A DNA stretch of 33,966 bases from Elusimicrobiota bacterium (GTDB lineage Bacteria; Elusimicrobiota; UBA8919). Below are positions 9,662-18,072 of this stretch, piece by piece. A program made the translations under genes and the position numbers. The notes under the pieces were generated by a model. It saw nothing but the letters and a program-made list of their open reading frames with translations, searched no databases and was not told where the DNA came from. Position 1 is the stretch's first letter. Each line of letters opens with the position of its first letter. Location: assembly GCA_043802785.1 (NCBI GenBank), contig JAZDKR010000052.1, forward strand, positions 1 through 33,966. Direction: 5' to 3'.

Positions 9662-10540
9662 ATGTTCGAAGATGATTTAGATGATGGCATAAAGCAAGCA
9701 AAAGAGAAAATACAGTCTGTAATGAAAAAAGGGTCACTGCGGTTTGTGTTTATTATTGTAGGTATTCTGGTGTTTTTCATGTTTTTAACACCATGGGTTC
9801 AGATTGGGCCAGGTGAAAGAGGGGTTGTCCTTAATTTTGGTGCTGTTCAGAAGGTTGTGCTTGGAGAAGGACTGCATTTCAGGATACCTATAGTGCAGAA
9901 TGTTGCCATAATGGATGTCAAGGTCCAGAAATCTTTAACAAGTGCTGCTGCTTCATCGTCAAACCTTCAGGAAGTGAGTTCGGAGGTTGCTCTGAACTAT
10001 CATATAATTCCTGATAAAGCAAATCTTGTCTATCAGTCCATCGGCATAGAATTTAAAGAGAGAATCATAGACCCCGCAGTGCAGGAAGTGGTAAAAGCTG
10101 TAACAGCCAACTATTCAGCAGAAGAACTTATCACAAAAAGACCATTGGTAAGCGAGGCAATGAGAGCAAACCTTGCTGAAAGACTCATGCCGTACAATAT
10201 AGCAGTTGATGCATTTTCTATCGTAGGTTTCAACTTTTCCAAAATATATTTGGAAGCCATTGAGTCAAAGCAGACAGCGGAACAGCTTGCTCTAAAGGCA
10301 AAAAGAGACCTGGATAGGATAAAGATAGAGGCGGAGCAGACAGTTACAGCAGCCAGAGCAGAGGCCGAAACCCTGAGACTCCAGAAGGCAAATATTTCAA
10401 CTGACCTTATAGAGCTGAGAAAAATAGAAGCAAATCTTAAGGCAATAGATAAATGGAATGGAATACTGCCCCAGGTTACAGGCAGCGGAACAATACCATT
10501 TATTGGAGTAGGTGATATACAGGAAAAGATAAACAAATAA
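9662..10540 (+). CDS. SPFH/band-7 (prohibitin-like) membrane protein
   Basis: TM segment followed by a GERGVV...RIPIVQ...V band-7 core. ATG at 9662 with AAGGAGG 7 nt upstream. Confidence 0.8.
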   Translation: MFEDDLDDGIKQAKEKIQSVMKKGSLRFVFIIVGILVFFMFLTPWVQIGPGERGVVLNFGAVQKVVLGEGLHFRIPIVQNVAIMDVKVQKSLTSAAASSSNLQEVSSEVALNYHIIPDKANLVYQSIGIEFKERIIDPAVQEVVKAVTANYSAEELITKRPLVSEAMRANLAERLMPYNIAVDAFSIVGFNFSKIYLEAIESKQTAEQLALKAKRDLDRIKIEAEQTVTAARAEAETLRLQKANISTDLIELRKIEANLKAIDKWNGILPQVTGSGTIPFIGVGDIQEKINK

Positions 10541-10562
10541 TCATGCAAGTTGAGAATCCTAT

Positions 10563-10841
10563 ATGAGTAGATATTTTATTTTTCTTATTATTGCAGGCAT
10601 TGTAGGCGGTATTATAGCCAGAAGAAACGGACGTAGCCCTGTAATCTGGTTTACGCTGTGTGCCCTTTTTCCTTTTCTTATTATTGTAATTGCATTTCTT
10701 TCACCTATAGTATCTGAAGGGTATACCAAAAAGTGTCCTTACTGTGCAGAAATCATTAAAGAAGACGCAAGATTTTGCAAACACTGTAGTAAGGAGCAAC
10801 CTATAGATATAGATATAGTCAGAGCGTCTTCTGATAGATAA
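10563..10841 (+). CDS. small membrane protein with C-terminal zinc ribbon (CPYC...CKHC)
   Basis: Two TM helices then CxxC-N10-CxxC. Its position after the SPFH gene suggests a partner protein. Confidence 0.5.
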   Translation: MSRYFIFLIIAGIVGGIIARRNGRSPVIWFTLCALFPFLIIVIAFLSPIVSEGYTKKCPYCAEIIKEDARFCKHCSKEQPIDIDIVRASSDR

Positions 10842-10887
10842 CTCTTTATCTCATCAATATCTATGGTGGTGTCCCATAAGTCCCTTT

Positions 10888-11066
10888 GCCCCGCCTTGGC
10901 GGGGTCATTGCGAGGGCAAAGCCCGAAGCAATCTCGGTTTTAATCCGCCTCTAGGCGGAGGATTGCCACGGTCGCCTGTGGCGAACCTTGCCTTTGGCGG
11001 GGCGAAGTCTGACGACTCGATCCGCAGCGAGTCGGGCTTTCATAATAAGAATAAACCCGAAGGGTT
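10888..11066 (+). mobile_element. composite MITE-like/REP-like repeat block (left TIR GTCATTGCGAGG at 10904, gaagcaatctc and gattgccacgg boxes, several perfect hairpins)
   Basis: Shares sequence boxes with the elements at 15282 and 27802. Hairpins include ccgcc-tcta-ggcgg, cgactcg...cgagtcg and aaccc-gaa-gggtt. Confidence 0.5.
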
Positions 11067-11419
11067 GACATTATTATAGAAAGGAAACAAGCAATACAAT
11101 AAAATGCCCCGAGTAGGTTCGCCAGAGGTGAAGAAAAAGCGGGAAAGAAGTGAAATTTGGGCCGAAGGTGACAGTAAGTTTAGTGGACAAGTATTTATTT
11201 TTGGATAAGTTTTCAAGCGATGAATTTATCAACAGTCCGCCATATGCGGACAAGAATCTAACAAAAACAGAGCCAAGTAGGTTTTCAACAAGTTATCAAC
11301 AAATAAAAAGAAAAAGGCAACATACTAAACGAGATATTAACATAAAAATATCAAAAAAATAATTTTTCAGCAGACCCGAATTATTTTTTGATCGTTCCGC
11401 GATTAAAAAGGTGAATAAA

Positions 11420-11902
11420 ATGTTGATAGGTATAATGTCGGATTCGCACGATAATATGGTCGCAATTAAAAAAGCGGTGGATTTTTTTAATCAGAAAAAT
11501 GTTGCTCTTGTTTTGCATGCCGGCGATTATGTTGCACCATTTACGGCTCAAGAATTCAGTAAATTAAAAATGAAATTAGTCGGTGTTTTTGGTAATAACG
11601 ACGGTGATAAGTCACATCTTTTAGAGAAATTCAAAAATATCGGAGAACTTTACCAGGGACCATATGAGATTGAACTTGACGGTAAAAAAATCGTTTTGAT
11701 GCATCAGCCAAAATTTATTGACCAATTGCTGAAAGATAAAAAATTTGATATCGTCATCTACGGACATAACCACAAAATTGATGTAAGAAAAGATACCGCC
11801 CTTGTTATCAATTCCGGAGAATGCGGTGGCTGGATTACTGGAAGAAGCACCGTCTCAATTCTTGACACAAAGACCCTAACCCCGGAAATAATAGATCTGT
11901 AA
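11420..11902 (+). CDS. metallophosphoesterase, YfcE/MJ0936 family
   Basis: Motifs ...SDSHDN..., ...HAGDY..., ...GNND... and ...GHNH.... Confidence 0.85.
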   Translation: MLIGIMSDSHDNMVAIKKAVDFFNQKNVALVLHAGDYVAPFTAQEFSKLKMKLVGVFGNNDGDKSHLLEKFKNIGELYQGPYEIELDGKKIVLMHQPKFIDQLLKDKKFDIVIYGHNHKIDVRKDTALVINSGECGGWITGRSTVSILDTKTLTPEIIDL

Positions 11903-12009
11903 TCAAGTTAGTTCCGATTTATCAGGATGACTTTTTTGTCGTCATTCCCGAATGGTTCTATCGGGAATCCATATGTTTATGTTTTGTTTACTTATGGATT
12001 CCTCTCCGA

Positions 12010-12288
12010 ATGTTTTTGTCGGGGATAACTACATATGAATGGGATTCAAAAAATATATCCCATATTTTGCAACACCAAGTAAGACCAGATGAAGTTGAAG
12101 AAGCATGTTATAATAATCCAGTTGTTCTTAAAACAAGAGGGAATTGTTATTTAGTGCTTGGTAGAAGCAATACAGGGAAATACTTATCTATTGTGGTTGC
12201 ACCAAAAGAAGAAGGCAAAACACGAGTTATAACAGCCAGAAATATGGACCACAAGGAAAGAAAACTTTTCACAAGAAAAAGGAAATAA
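12010..12288 (+). CDS. brnT: BrnT-like toxin (DUF497)
   Basis: YEWDSKN...H N-terminal signature, about 90 aa, followed 12 nt later by a BrnA-like gene. Confidence 0.65.
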   Translation: MFLSGITTYEWDSKNISHILQHQVRPDEVEEACYNNPVVLKTRGNCYLVLGRSNTGKYLSIVVAPKEEGKTRVITARNMDHKERKLFTRKRK

Positions 12289-12300
12289 GGAGATTGAAAA

Positions 12301-12498
12301 ATGAAAAAGATACCGAAATTTAAAACAGAAGCAGACGAATCAAAGTTCTGGGATGAGCACAGTTTCACTGATTTTATTGGAGATTTAGAGGAAGTTCATA
12401 TTGAATTTCCCAAACCCAAAAAACGGACTATTCCCATTCTGTTGGATGAAGTGAAAATACAAACAATTAAACAATTAGCATCTGCAAAAGACATATGA
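12301..12498 (+). CDS. brnA: BrnA-like antitoxin
   Basis: 65 aa with a ...ESKFWDEH... motif. RBS aaggag present. Toxin-first order is typical of brnTA. Confidence 0.65.
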   Translation: MKKIPKFKTEADESKFWDEHSFTDFIGDLEEVHIEFPKPKKRTIPILLDEVKIQTIKQLASAKDI

Positions 12499-12641
12499 TA
12501 CGGAACATTGGCAAAAATGTGGATAGTAGAGCGGCTTAAATGGGAAACATCACATTTAAAGCACAAATCACCATAAACAAATAAGTTCAATAATCCCAAG
12601 ATAGCAGTTTAGATTCTTTTAAATTTTTTAAAACTTTTTAC

Positions 12642-12670
12642 TTGACAATTTTGCTTAATTGTGCTACAAT
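12642..12670 (+). promoter_or_regulatory. sigma70-like promoter TTGACA-17-TACAAT upstream of nikR
   Basis: ttgaca at 12642-12647, a 17-nt spacer, tacaat at 12665-12670. Confidence 0.5.
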
Positions 12671-12688
12671 TATCAAAAAGGTGCTACT

Positions 12689-13102
12689 ATGAATAAATTA
12701 TTCAGGTTTGGTGTTTCATTGGAAAAGGATTTGCTTGATAAGTTTGATAAACTTATAAGATCCAGAAACTACACAAATCGTTCAGAAGCGTTTCGCGATT
12801 TAATTCGTCAGGAACTAATAAAGAAGGAATGGCAGGAGGGCAAGGAAATCGCCGGAGCCATAACCCTTATCTACAATCACCACAAAAGAGAACTTGGAAG
12901 TCATCTCACGGATGTCCAGCATGATTTTCACGACTTAATTATTTCAACCCAGCACATACATTTAGACCATGATAACTGTCTGGAAATAATTGCAGTTAAA
13001 GGAAAATCCAATGAAGCCCAGAAACTATCGGATATATTAAAGTCAATAAAAGGCGTGAAACACTCTGCTTTGAGTATGTCAACAACAGGGAAGGGTGTTT
13101 AA
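12689..13102 (+). CDS. nikR: nickel-responsive transcriptional regulator NikR
   Basis: Ribbon-helix-helix N-terminus (RFGVSLEKDLL...) and a C-terminal metal-binding domain with H..H and HxH clusters. Confidence 0.85.
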   Translation: MNKLFRFGVSLEKDLLDKFDKLIRSRNYTNRSEAFRDLIRQELIKKEWQEGKEIAGAITLIYNHHKRELGSHLTDVQHDFHDLIISTQHIHLDHDNCLEIIAVKGKSNEAQKLSDILKSIKGVKHSALSMSTTGKGV

Positions 13103-13125
13103 TTTTTTTTGTTTTATCGGTAGCA

Positions 13126-13177
13126 CGATTTTTATTTTTGTAGCAAAAAAGTGCGAAATAAAAATCGGATTTTTATT
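13126..13177 (+). promoter_or_regulatory. candidate NikR operator: cgatttttattt-N18-aaataaaaatcg dyad plus an overlapping perfect palindrome aataaaaatc-g-gatttttatt
   Basis: Perfect 12-bp inverted repeat with an 18-bp spacer between nikR and the downstream uptake genes, overlapping a -10-like tattat. Confidence 0.45.
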
Positions 13178-13339
13178 ATGAGGAGGTGAGTGAAATGAGT
13201 AGCAACAAAGATTCACCGCAAAAAAAGGCGGAAGCATAGCCCCGTTGAGAGAACTATACCCCGCCGAAAGTATTATAGCAAGTTTGAGATTTGGTTGCAA
13301 GTGGAAAATTATCTCGCCAAAAGCGGGACGGAGGAATAA

Positions 13340-13987
13340 ATGAAGATATTTATGATAGTTTTTTGTATATTGTTTTTTACATATTCGGTTGTGTTTGCGG
13401 CACATCCGTTAACAACGGATGACATCGGAATCGTTGAAATTGGCAAGTACGAATTGGAAGTTGGTTATGATAACTGCAAGAGAGAAAGTGAATTGCGAAA
13501 TCACTCCTGCGGGATTTCGCTGAAACACGGCATTACGGAAAAAATGGATGTTGGGATTTCATTTCCGTATCAGATAGAGCCGAAACCGGAGGAACCATTC
13601 GGAACTACTACGCTCGGCTTCAAATTTCTTTTATTGAAGGATATTTTTGCTTTAACCGTCAATAATGAACTCGGTTCAAGCGAATACTTTATCAACGGGA
13701 TTTTTACACGAGAGGTTCAGTCCATAACCATTCACGCAAATATCGGTTATGCGGTTTCCGGCGATGAAAACACGGAAGGCGAAATAATTCACAGTTCCGC
13801 GTTTGAATACCCGTTATCAAAAATAGATTTGGTCGGCGAAATTATCGGCGAAAAAATAGGGTTTCTGAATTACCTATTAGGCGTAAGATATAAAGTTGCC
13901 GATATTTCTTCGCTGAATTTTGCGTACGGGAACGGGTTCAGAAAAACGGATGAAAAAATTGCTTTTGGCTTTCATACGGAATTTTAA
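13340..13987 (+). CDS. putative outer-membrane beta-barrel protein (signal peptide, C-terminal Phe)
   Basis: Cleavable N-terminal signal peptide, alternating amphipathic strands, and an ...GFHTEF end typical of OMPs. Confidence 0.55.
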   Translation: MKIFMIVFCILFFTYSVVFAAHPLTTDDIGIVEIGKYELEVGYDNCKRESELRNHSCGISLKHGITEKMDVGISFPYQIEPKPEEPFGTTTLGFKFLLLKDIFALTVNNELGSSEYFINGIFTREVQSITIHANIGYAVSGDENTEGEIIHSSAFEYPLSKIDLVGEIIGEKIGFLNYLLGVRYKVADISSLNFAYGNGFRKTDEKIAFGFHTEF

Positions 13988-13997
13988 GGGGGATAAT

Positions 13998-14669
13998 ATG
14001 CATATACCTGACGGATATTTAGGACCGGTAACTTGCGGATTTTTCTATGTAGTTATGTTGCCGATATGGATGATTGCTTCAAAGATTGTAAAAAAAACGC
14101 TGAGAGCAAAGCAGGTGCCGCTTCTGGCAATAGGTGCTGCATTCAGTTTTGTGATTATGATGTTCAATGTGCCGATTCCTGGCGGGACAACTGGACATGC
14201 GGTAGGTGGTGTTCTCGTTGCGATACTTCTCGGACCGTGGGCGGCATGTATTGCCATTACTGTCGCCTTGGTGGTTCAAGCGTTATTATTTGGTGATGGT
14301 GGACTTACGGCAATTGGTGCCAACTGTTTTAACATGGCATTTGTGCTTCCATTTGCCGGATATTATATCTATAAGGCGATTAGTTGCAATGCTCCAATTG
14401 ACTCAAAAAGGAGAGTTATCGCTGCTGGGATTGCCGGTTATGTAGCACTTAATCTTGCCGCAGGACTTACTGGATTTGAGTTTGGGATTCAATCGCTTCT
14501 CCACAGAACGGCAAGCGGACAAGCACTCTATTGCCCATATGGATTGACTGTTGCGCTGTCTGCAATGTTGGGAGAACACCTGTTGGTTTTTGGATGGGTT
14601 GAAGCGATAGTGACTGCTCTTGTAATAAAATATCTGCTGAAACAATCGCCGGAACTTCTTGGTATATAA
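13998..14669 (+). CDS. cbiM: ECF-type Ni/Co transporter substrate-specific component CbiM/NikM
   Basis: Invariant N-terminal MHIPDG with a preceding RBS aaggggga. The upstream-extended ORF from 13920 is rejected. Confidence 0.9.
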   Translation: MHIPDGYLGPVTCGFFYVVMLPIWMIASKIVKKTLRAKQVPLLAIGAAFSFVIMMFNVPIPGGTTGHAVGGVLVAILLGPWAACIAITVALVVQALLFGDGGLTAIGANCFNMAFVLPFAGYYIYKAISCNAPIDSKRRVIAAGIAGYVALNLAAGLTGFEFGIQSLLHRTASGQALYCPYGLTVALSAMLGEHLLVFGWVEAIVTALVIKYLLKQSPELLGI

Positions 14670-14926
14670 GATATAATAGAAACTATAACCCCGAAGGGGT
14701 GGAATTATTATAGCAACAGGTAACAGGTAACAAACCACAACCCCGAACCGAGCAGATTCACCGCAGGTGAAGGGGTGAAATTATTATAGGGGTGGAAATA
14801 ATGTCACCCCGTCGGGGTTTAGTTGTGATTGTTTAACAAGATCTATAATAATATCATCCCTTCGGGATTTAATGTCAAGGGATTTAAGGGACATGACACG
14901 ATCGAAGCGAATAGGAGGAAAACCTG
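14670..14926 (+). repeat. 257-bp intercistronic block of degenerate direct repeats with CCCC-N-GGGG hairpins
   Basis: The ggggtgRaattattatag box occurs three times; hairpins include ccccgaagggg, accccgtcggggt and atcccttcgggat (UUCG-type loop). Confidence 0.5.
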
Positions 14927-15262
14927 ATGAAAATTACTACTAAACTTTGGCTTGGCTTGGCGATATTAGTTATACTTTCTCCGCTCGGACTTATTTTGCC
15001 GGAGCATTTTAAGGCGGGAAGTGCCTGGGGAGAATGGGGTGCTGATGAGATGCAAAAACTTGTCGGCTATATTCCTCAAGGACTTGAAAAACTTTCAAGT
15101 ATATGGAATGCACCAATGCCGGATTATGCTTTCAAGGGCTGGGAAGAAAAAGGACTCTCACAGTTGAGTTTTGCGTACATAATATCGGCTGTCATAGGAA
15201 TTGGAATAATTGTGTTCGTGATATTGGGCATGGGAAAGTTATTAGTTAAGAAAACTTTATAG
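14927..15262 (+). CDS. PDGLE-domain small membrane protein (CbiN/NikL-like transporter component)
   Basis: Two TM helices flanking a YIPQGLEKL (PDGLE-like) motif. RBS aggagg present. Confidence 0.65.
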   Translation: MKITTKLWLGLAILVILSPLGLILPEHFKAGSAWGEWGADEMQKLVGYIPQGLEKLSSIWNAPMPDYAFKGWEEKGLSQLSFAYIISAVIGIGIIVFVILGMGKLLVKKTL

Positions 15263-15281
15263 CCACAGATTACACAGATTT

Positions 15282-15368
15282 GTCATTGCGAGGAGTCCCG
15301 CTGCAAGCGGGACGACGAAGCAATCTCAAAGAATGGGATTGCCACGGGACTTCGTCCCTCGCAATGAC
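15282..15368 (+). mobile_element. complete MITE-like element, 87 bp, TIRs GTCATTGCGAGG / CCTCGCAATGAC
   Basis: Perfect terminal inverted repeats; an internal hairpin cccgct-gcaa-gcggg; cgaagcaatctc and gattgccacggg boxes shared with other copies. Confidence 0.7.
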
Positions 15369-15382
15369 ATTTTGTAAAACTT

Positions 15383-15407
15383 TGTGTTTTTCTGTGTCCA
15401 TCTGTGG
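15383..15407 (+). promoter_or_regulatory. leader motif tgtgtttttctgtgtccatctgtgg 7 nt upstream of the cbiQ ATG
   Basis: Third copy of the motif class seen at 3993 and 4750. Confidence 0.3.
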
Positions 15408-15414
15408 ACACACT

Positions 15415-16245
15415 ATGTCAAGAGGCAATAACTTTATAGAGCAATCTATTACAGACATTCTATCATTTTTAAAAGAATCCGTCTTTGCCGACGAGTATGC
15501 GGTTAAGAATGGTTTTTTGCAATCGTTAGATCCGAGAATAAAGACAATAACTTTTTTAATGTTCATTGTTCTGATAATTCTTACAAAGAATATTCGCATT
15601 CTGTTTTATCTATATGCGTTGTGTTTGTTGCTGAGTTCCGTCTCTAAAATTAATTTGTGGTTTTTCTTAAAAAGAACATGGATATTTATTCCCTTGTTCT
15701 CAGTTTTCATAGCGATTCCCGCCCTGTTCAGTATTTTTACACCAGGTGAAACATTAACCACCTTAAACATAGTGGGACTCAAACTTATAATTACCCGTCA
15801 GGGATTTTTCGGTGCATCTTTATTTGTTACGCGGGTCACAACATCAGTATCTTTTGCGGTTCTTTTAACTCTCACAACCAAGCATTTTGAATTACTTAAG
15901 GTTCTGCGTATTTTTAAGGTTCCTCAGATATTTGTGATGACGGTCGGCATGTGCTACAGATATATTTACCTTTTTGTAGAGATTATTGAGAATACTTATC
16001 TTGCAATGAAAAGCCGTGTTGGTCCAAAGATTCATTACAAAAGAGGACAGCATCTCGTTGCATGGAATATTGCATCTCTTTGGCAGCGGTCATATCAATT
16101 AAATGAAGATGTGTATAAGGCAATGCTTTCCAGGGGATATTGCGGAGAATCGGTTGCAATGGATGATTCCAATATCAAAGTAGAAGATTGGCTGTGGTTG
16201 TGTTTAGTTGTACTAATTTTTATTTGTGGACTATGGATAATCTAA
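15415..16245 (+). CDS. cbiQ: ECF transporter transmembrane (T) component CbiQ
   Basis: Polytopic membrane protein matching the CbiQ/EcfT family. Start is placed after the MITE; the ORF beginning at 15280 would read through the element. Confidence 0.75.
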   Translation: MSRGNNFIEQSITDILSFLKESVFADEYAVKNGFLQSLDPRIKTITFLMFIVLIILTKNIRILFYLYALCLLLSSVSKINLWFFLKRTWIFIPLFSVFIAIPALFSIFTPGETLTTLNIVGLKLIITRQGFFGASLFVTRVTTSVSFAVLLTLTTKHFELLKVLRIFKVPQIFVMTVGMCYRYIYLFVEIIENTYLAMKSRVGPKIHYKRGQHLVAWNIASLWQRSYQLNEDVYKAMLSRGYCGESVAMDDSNIKVEDWLWLCLVVLIFICGLWII

Positions 16246-17045
16246 TTTTTGAATTAAACGATGTACATTTTTCATACTTAAGAAAATTTCCTGCACTATG
16301 CGGTATAGATATAAACATCAGGCAGGGAGAAAAAATAACTCTCATCGGTGCAAATGGTTCCGGAAAATCAACGCTTTTACATATATTTGACGGACTCATT
16401 TTTCCTGATAAAGGTACCATCAAAGTTTTTGGCAAAGAATTCAAGGAAAATGATTTTTGTAGCGAGGATTTCTCAAAAAATTTTAGAAAAAAAGTTGGGC
16501 TTGTTTTTCAGAATCCAGATATCCAGTTGTTTTGTCCGACGGTAAAAGAGGATATTGTTTTTGGACCGCTACATCTCGGAGTTGAAAAAGAGGAGATTCA
16601 AAAACGATTAGATGAACTTGTTCACCTGTTAGATATTAAAGATTTATTGGCTCGGTCACCCCACCATCTAAGCATAGGGGAAAAACGAAAGGTTGCCATT
16701 GCCTCAACTTTGATAATTCATCCTGATGTTTTAATTCTTGACGAACCAACTGCTGGATTAGACCCTTTAACGACGAGGCATATTATTGATTTACTTTTAC
16801 AAGAAAACCAATCCGGTAAAACTATCATTACGGCAACCCACGATTTGCATATTGTTGAGGAAATATCGGATACAGTTTATGTCTTTAGCCGTGAAAAAAA
16901 AATAATCAAATTTGGCAAACCTGATGAAATTCTAAAAGACGAACAATTGCTTCATGACCATAACCTAAGGCATATTCATAGCCACCGGCATAAAGACAAA
17001 ATTCACATTCATCCCCATCTGCATTTGGAACATCATATGGATTAG
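16233..17045 (+). CDS. cbiO: ECF transporter ATPase CbiO with a His-rich C-terminal tail
   Basis: Walker A GANGSGKST, signature LSIGEKRKV, Walker B ILILDEPT. Tail HDHNLRHIHSHRHKDKIHIHPHLHLEHHMD. Overlaps the cbiQ stop codon. Confidence 0.88.
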   Translation: MDNLIFELNDVHFSYLRKFPALCGIDINIRQGEKITLIGANGSGKSTLLHIFDGLIFPDKGTIKVFGKEFKENDFCSEDFSKNFRKKVGLVFQNPDIQLFCPTVKEDIVFGPLHLGVEKEEIQKRLDELVHLLDIKDLLARSPHHLSIGEKRKVAIASTLIIHPDVLILDEPTAGLDPLTTRHIIDLLLQENQSGKTIITATHDLHIVEEISDTVYVFSREKKIIKFGKPDEILKDEQLLHDHNLRHIHSHRHKDKIHIHPHLHLEHHMD

Positions 17046-17223
17046 TATATCTCTTTGAATATTGAAAGCCATCATTTCATATTTCAAGGTAGGTGTAGCA
17101 AATTAACATCTTGTTGTCAAGGGGTTTTTTGAAGATTTGCTTGAATTTGTAGCAGATTAGGATTTTCAATGTTGTCACCCCGAACGAAGATGTTGTGTCG
17201 TAATTGCCGTTTTTTGGTTTTGA

Positions 17224-17320
17224 CCGTCATTCCGTGCTTGACACGGAATCCATTCTTAGACGATAACACAACCGCTCCCTGCGTACTATCTGCAGGGACA
17301 AGTTTTGCAGAGGAATGACG
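17224..17320 (+). mobile_element. MITE-like element with TIRs CCGTCATTCC / GGAATGACG
   Basis: Same TIR type as 26717-26818. Internal hairpins ccgtgcttgacacgg and ccctgc...gcaggg. Confidence 0.5.
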
Positions 17321-17508
17321 AACTTTTTAACAATTATAACACGAAATGGAAGTGAAGGGTCTCGCTTCTCGTATAGCAACAAGATTCTTCGCTGAATTTA
17401 TTGCAGCAAAAATACTCGGATTTATTATTGATATAGCTGTCACACTGCTTAATGATTGGGTAGGAGAAAATTGGGTAGAAGTTTTAAACAAAAAAGGAGG
17501 CGACTAAA

Positions 17509-17688
17509 ATGTCTTTTTTTGACAATGTTAACGAATCATTAAAGCGAGAAATAAAGTATCAACTTTTGGGTGGTTCAAAAGGTGCTGGGCGTTTTTATGA
17601 CCCAGGCCGTGCATTGAGAGATGAAGTGAGAGAACAAAATAAAATTATGGAAAAACCACAATGTAAAGGCAAATATATTCCGTACTAA
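17509..17688 (+). CDS. candidate RiPP precursor / small protein, 59 aa, ending ...KPQCKGKYIPY
   Basis: Strong RBS AAGGAGG 8 nt upstream. It lies directly 5' of the RRE-radical SAM genes. C-terminal Tyr with a Cys 7 residues upstream. Confidence 0.4.
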   Translation: MSFFDNVNESLKREIKYQLLGGSKGAGRFYDPGRALRDEVREQNKIMEKPQCKGKYIPY

Positions 17689-17724
17689 ACTCATCCAACT
17701 TGAACTAACATTTGTTTAAGCAAA

Positions 17725-17943
17725 ATGGTCGTTACAAATTTATCTATGAGAGAATATTATATCAATAAATGGGTAGCATCAAGAATTTATGGTGGTAGGA
17801 CCGTAATCTATAATTTAAAAGACCACAACATTTTGACACTTGCCGGTACATCATCCGTTATTTGGCAGGAAATAAACAAACATAATAGTTTGCCCAATTT
17901 AACAGAAAAACTTGGTAAAGTTTTTAATGCTCCATTTCAATAG
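17725..17943 (+). CDS. PqqD/MftB-like RiPP recognition element (RRE), ending at an in-frame TAG inside the domain
   Basis: ...LTLAGTSSVIWQEINKHNSLPNLTEKLGKVFNAPFQ* aligns with the PqqD family. The last helix of the domain (...KEFLCSLAEVNLIEI) is encoded after the TAG in the same frame. Confidence 0.6.
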   Translation: MVVTNLSMREYYINKWVASRIYGGRTVIYNLKDHNILTLAGTSSVIWQEINKHNSLPNLTEKLGKVFNAPFQ

Positions 17944-18072
17944 ATAGAATCGGATACAAAAGAATTTTTATGTTCGTTAGCAGAAGTAAATCTTATCGAA
18001 ATAAGCAAATATAATTGCGACAATGTTTTATCAAAGATACCTATTGAAAAACAACAAAGCAATAAACAATTA

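Noticed and set aside
11150-11362. 70-aa ORF in the AT-rich intergenic region
   Set aside because: No RBS, highly biased Lys/Ser/Asn composition, and it lies in a repeat-rich spacer. Probably non-coding.
13920-13997. Upstream-extended start for cbiM (ORF track 13920)
   Set aside because: CbiM/NikM needs the N-terminal Met-His for metal coordination. MHIPDG begins at 13998 with an RBS, and the extension would overlap the preceding OMP gene.
14033-14445. + strand ORFs 14033-14296 and 14206-14445 and the minus ORFs inside cbiM
   Set aside because: These are alternative frames within a confidently identified membrane-protein gene.
15280-15414. Upstream-extended start for cbiQ (ORF track 15280)
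   Set aside because: The extension is a translation straight through a complete MITE copy (15282-15368). The homologous protein begins at MSRGNNF... (15415).
17941-17943. Genome-wide UAG reassignment (pyrrolysine or another sense codon)
   Set aside because: TAG terminates at least the phosphorylase gene (2041-2043) and dapB (3921-3923) at positions that fit the expected protein ends, so TAG is a normal stop here. Only local readthrough remains possible; this is kept as a finding.
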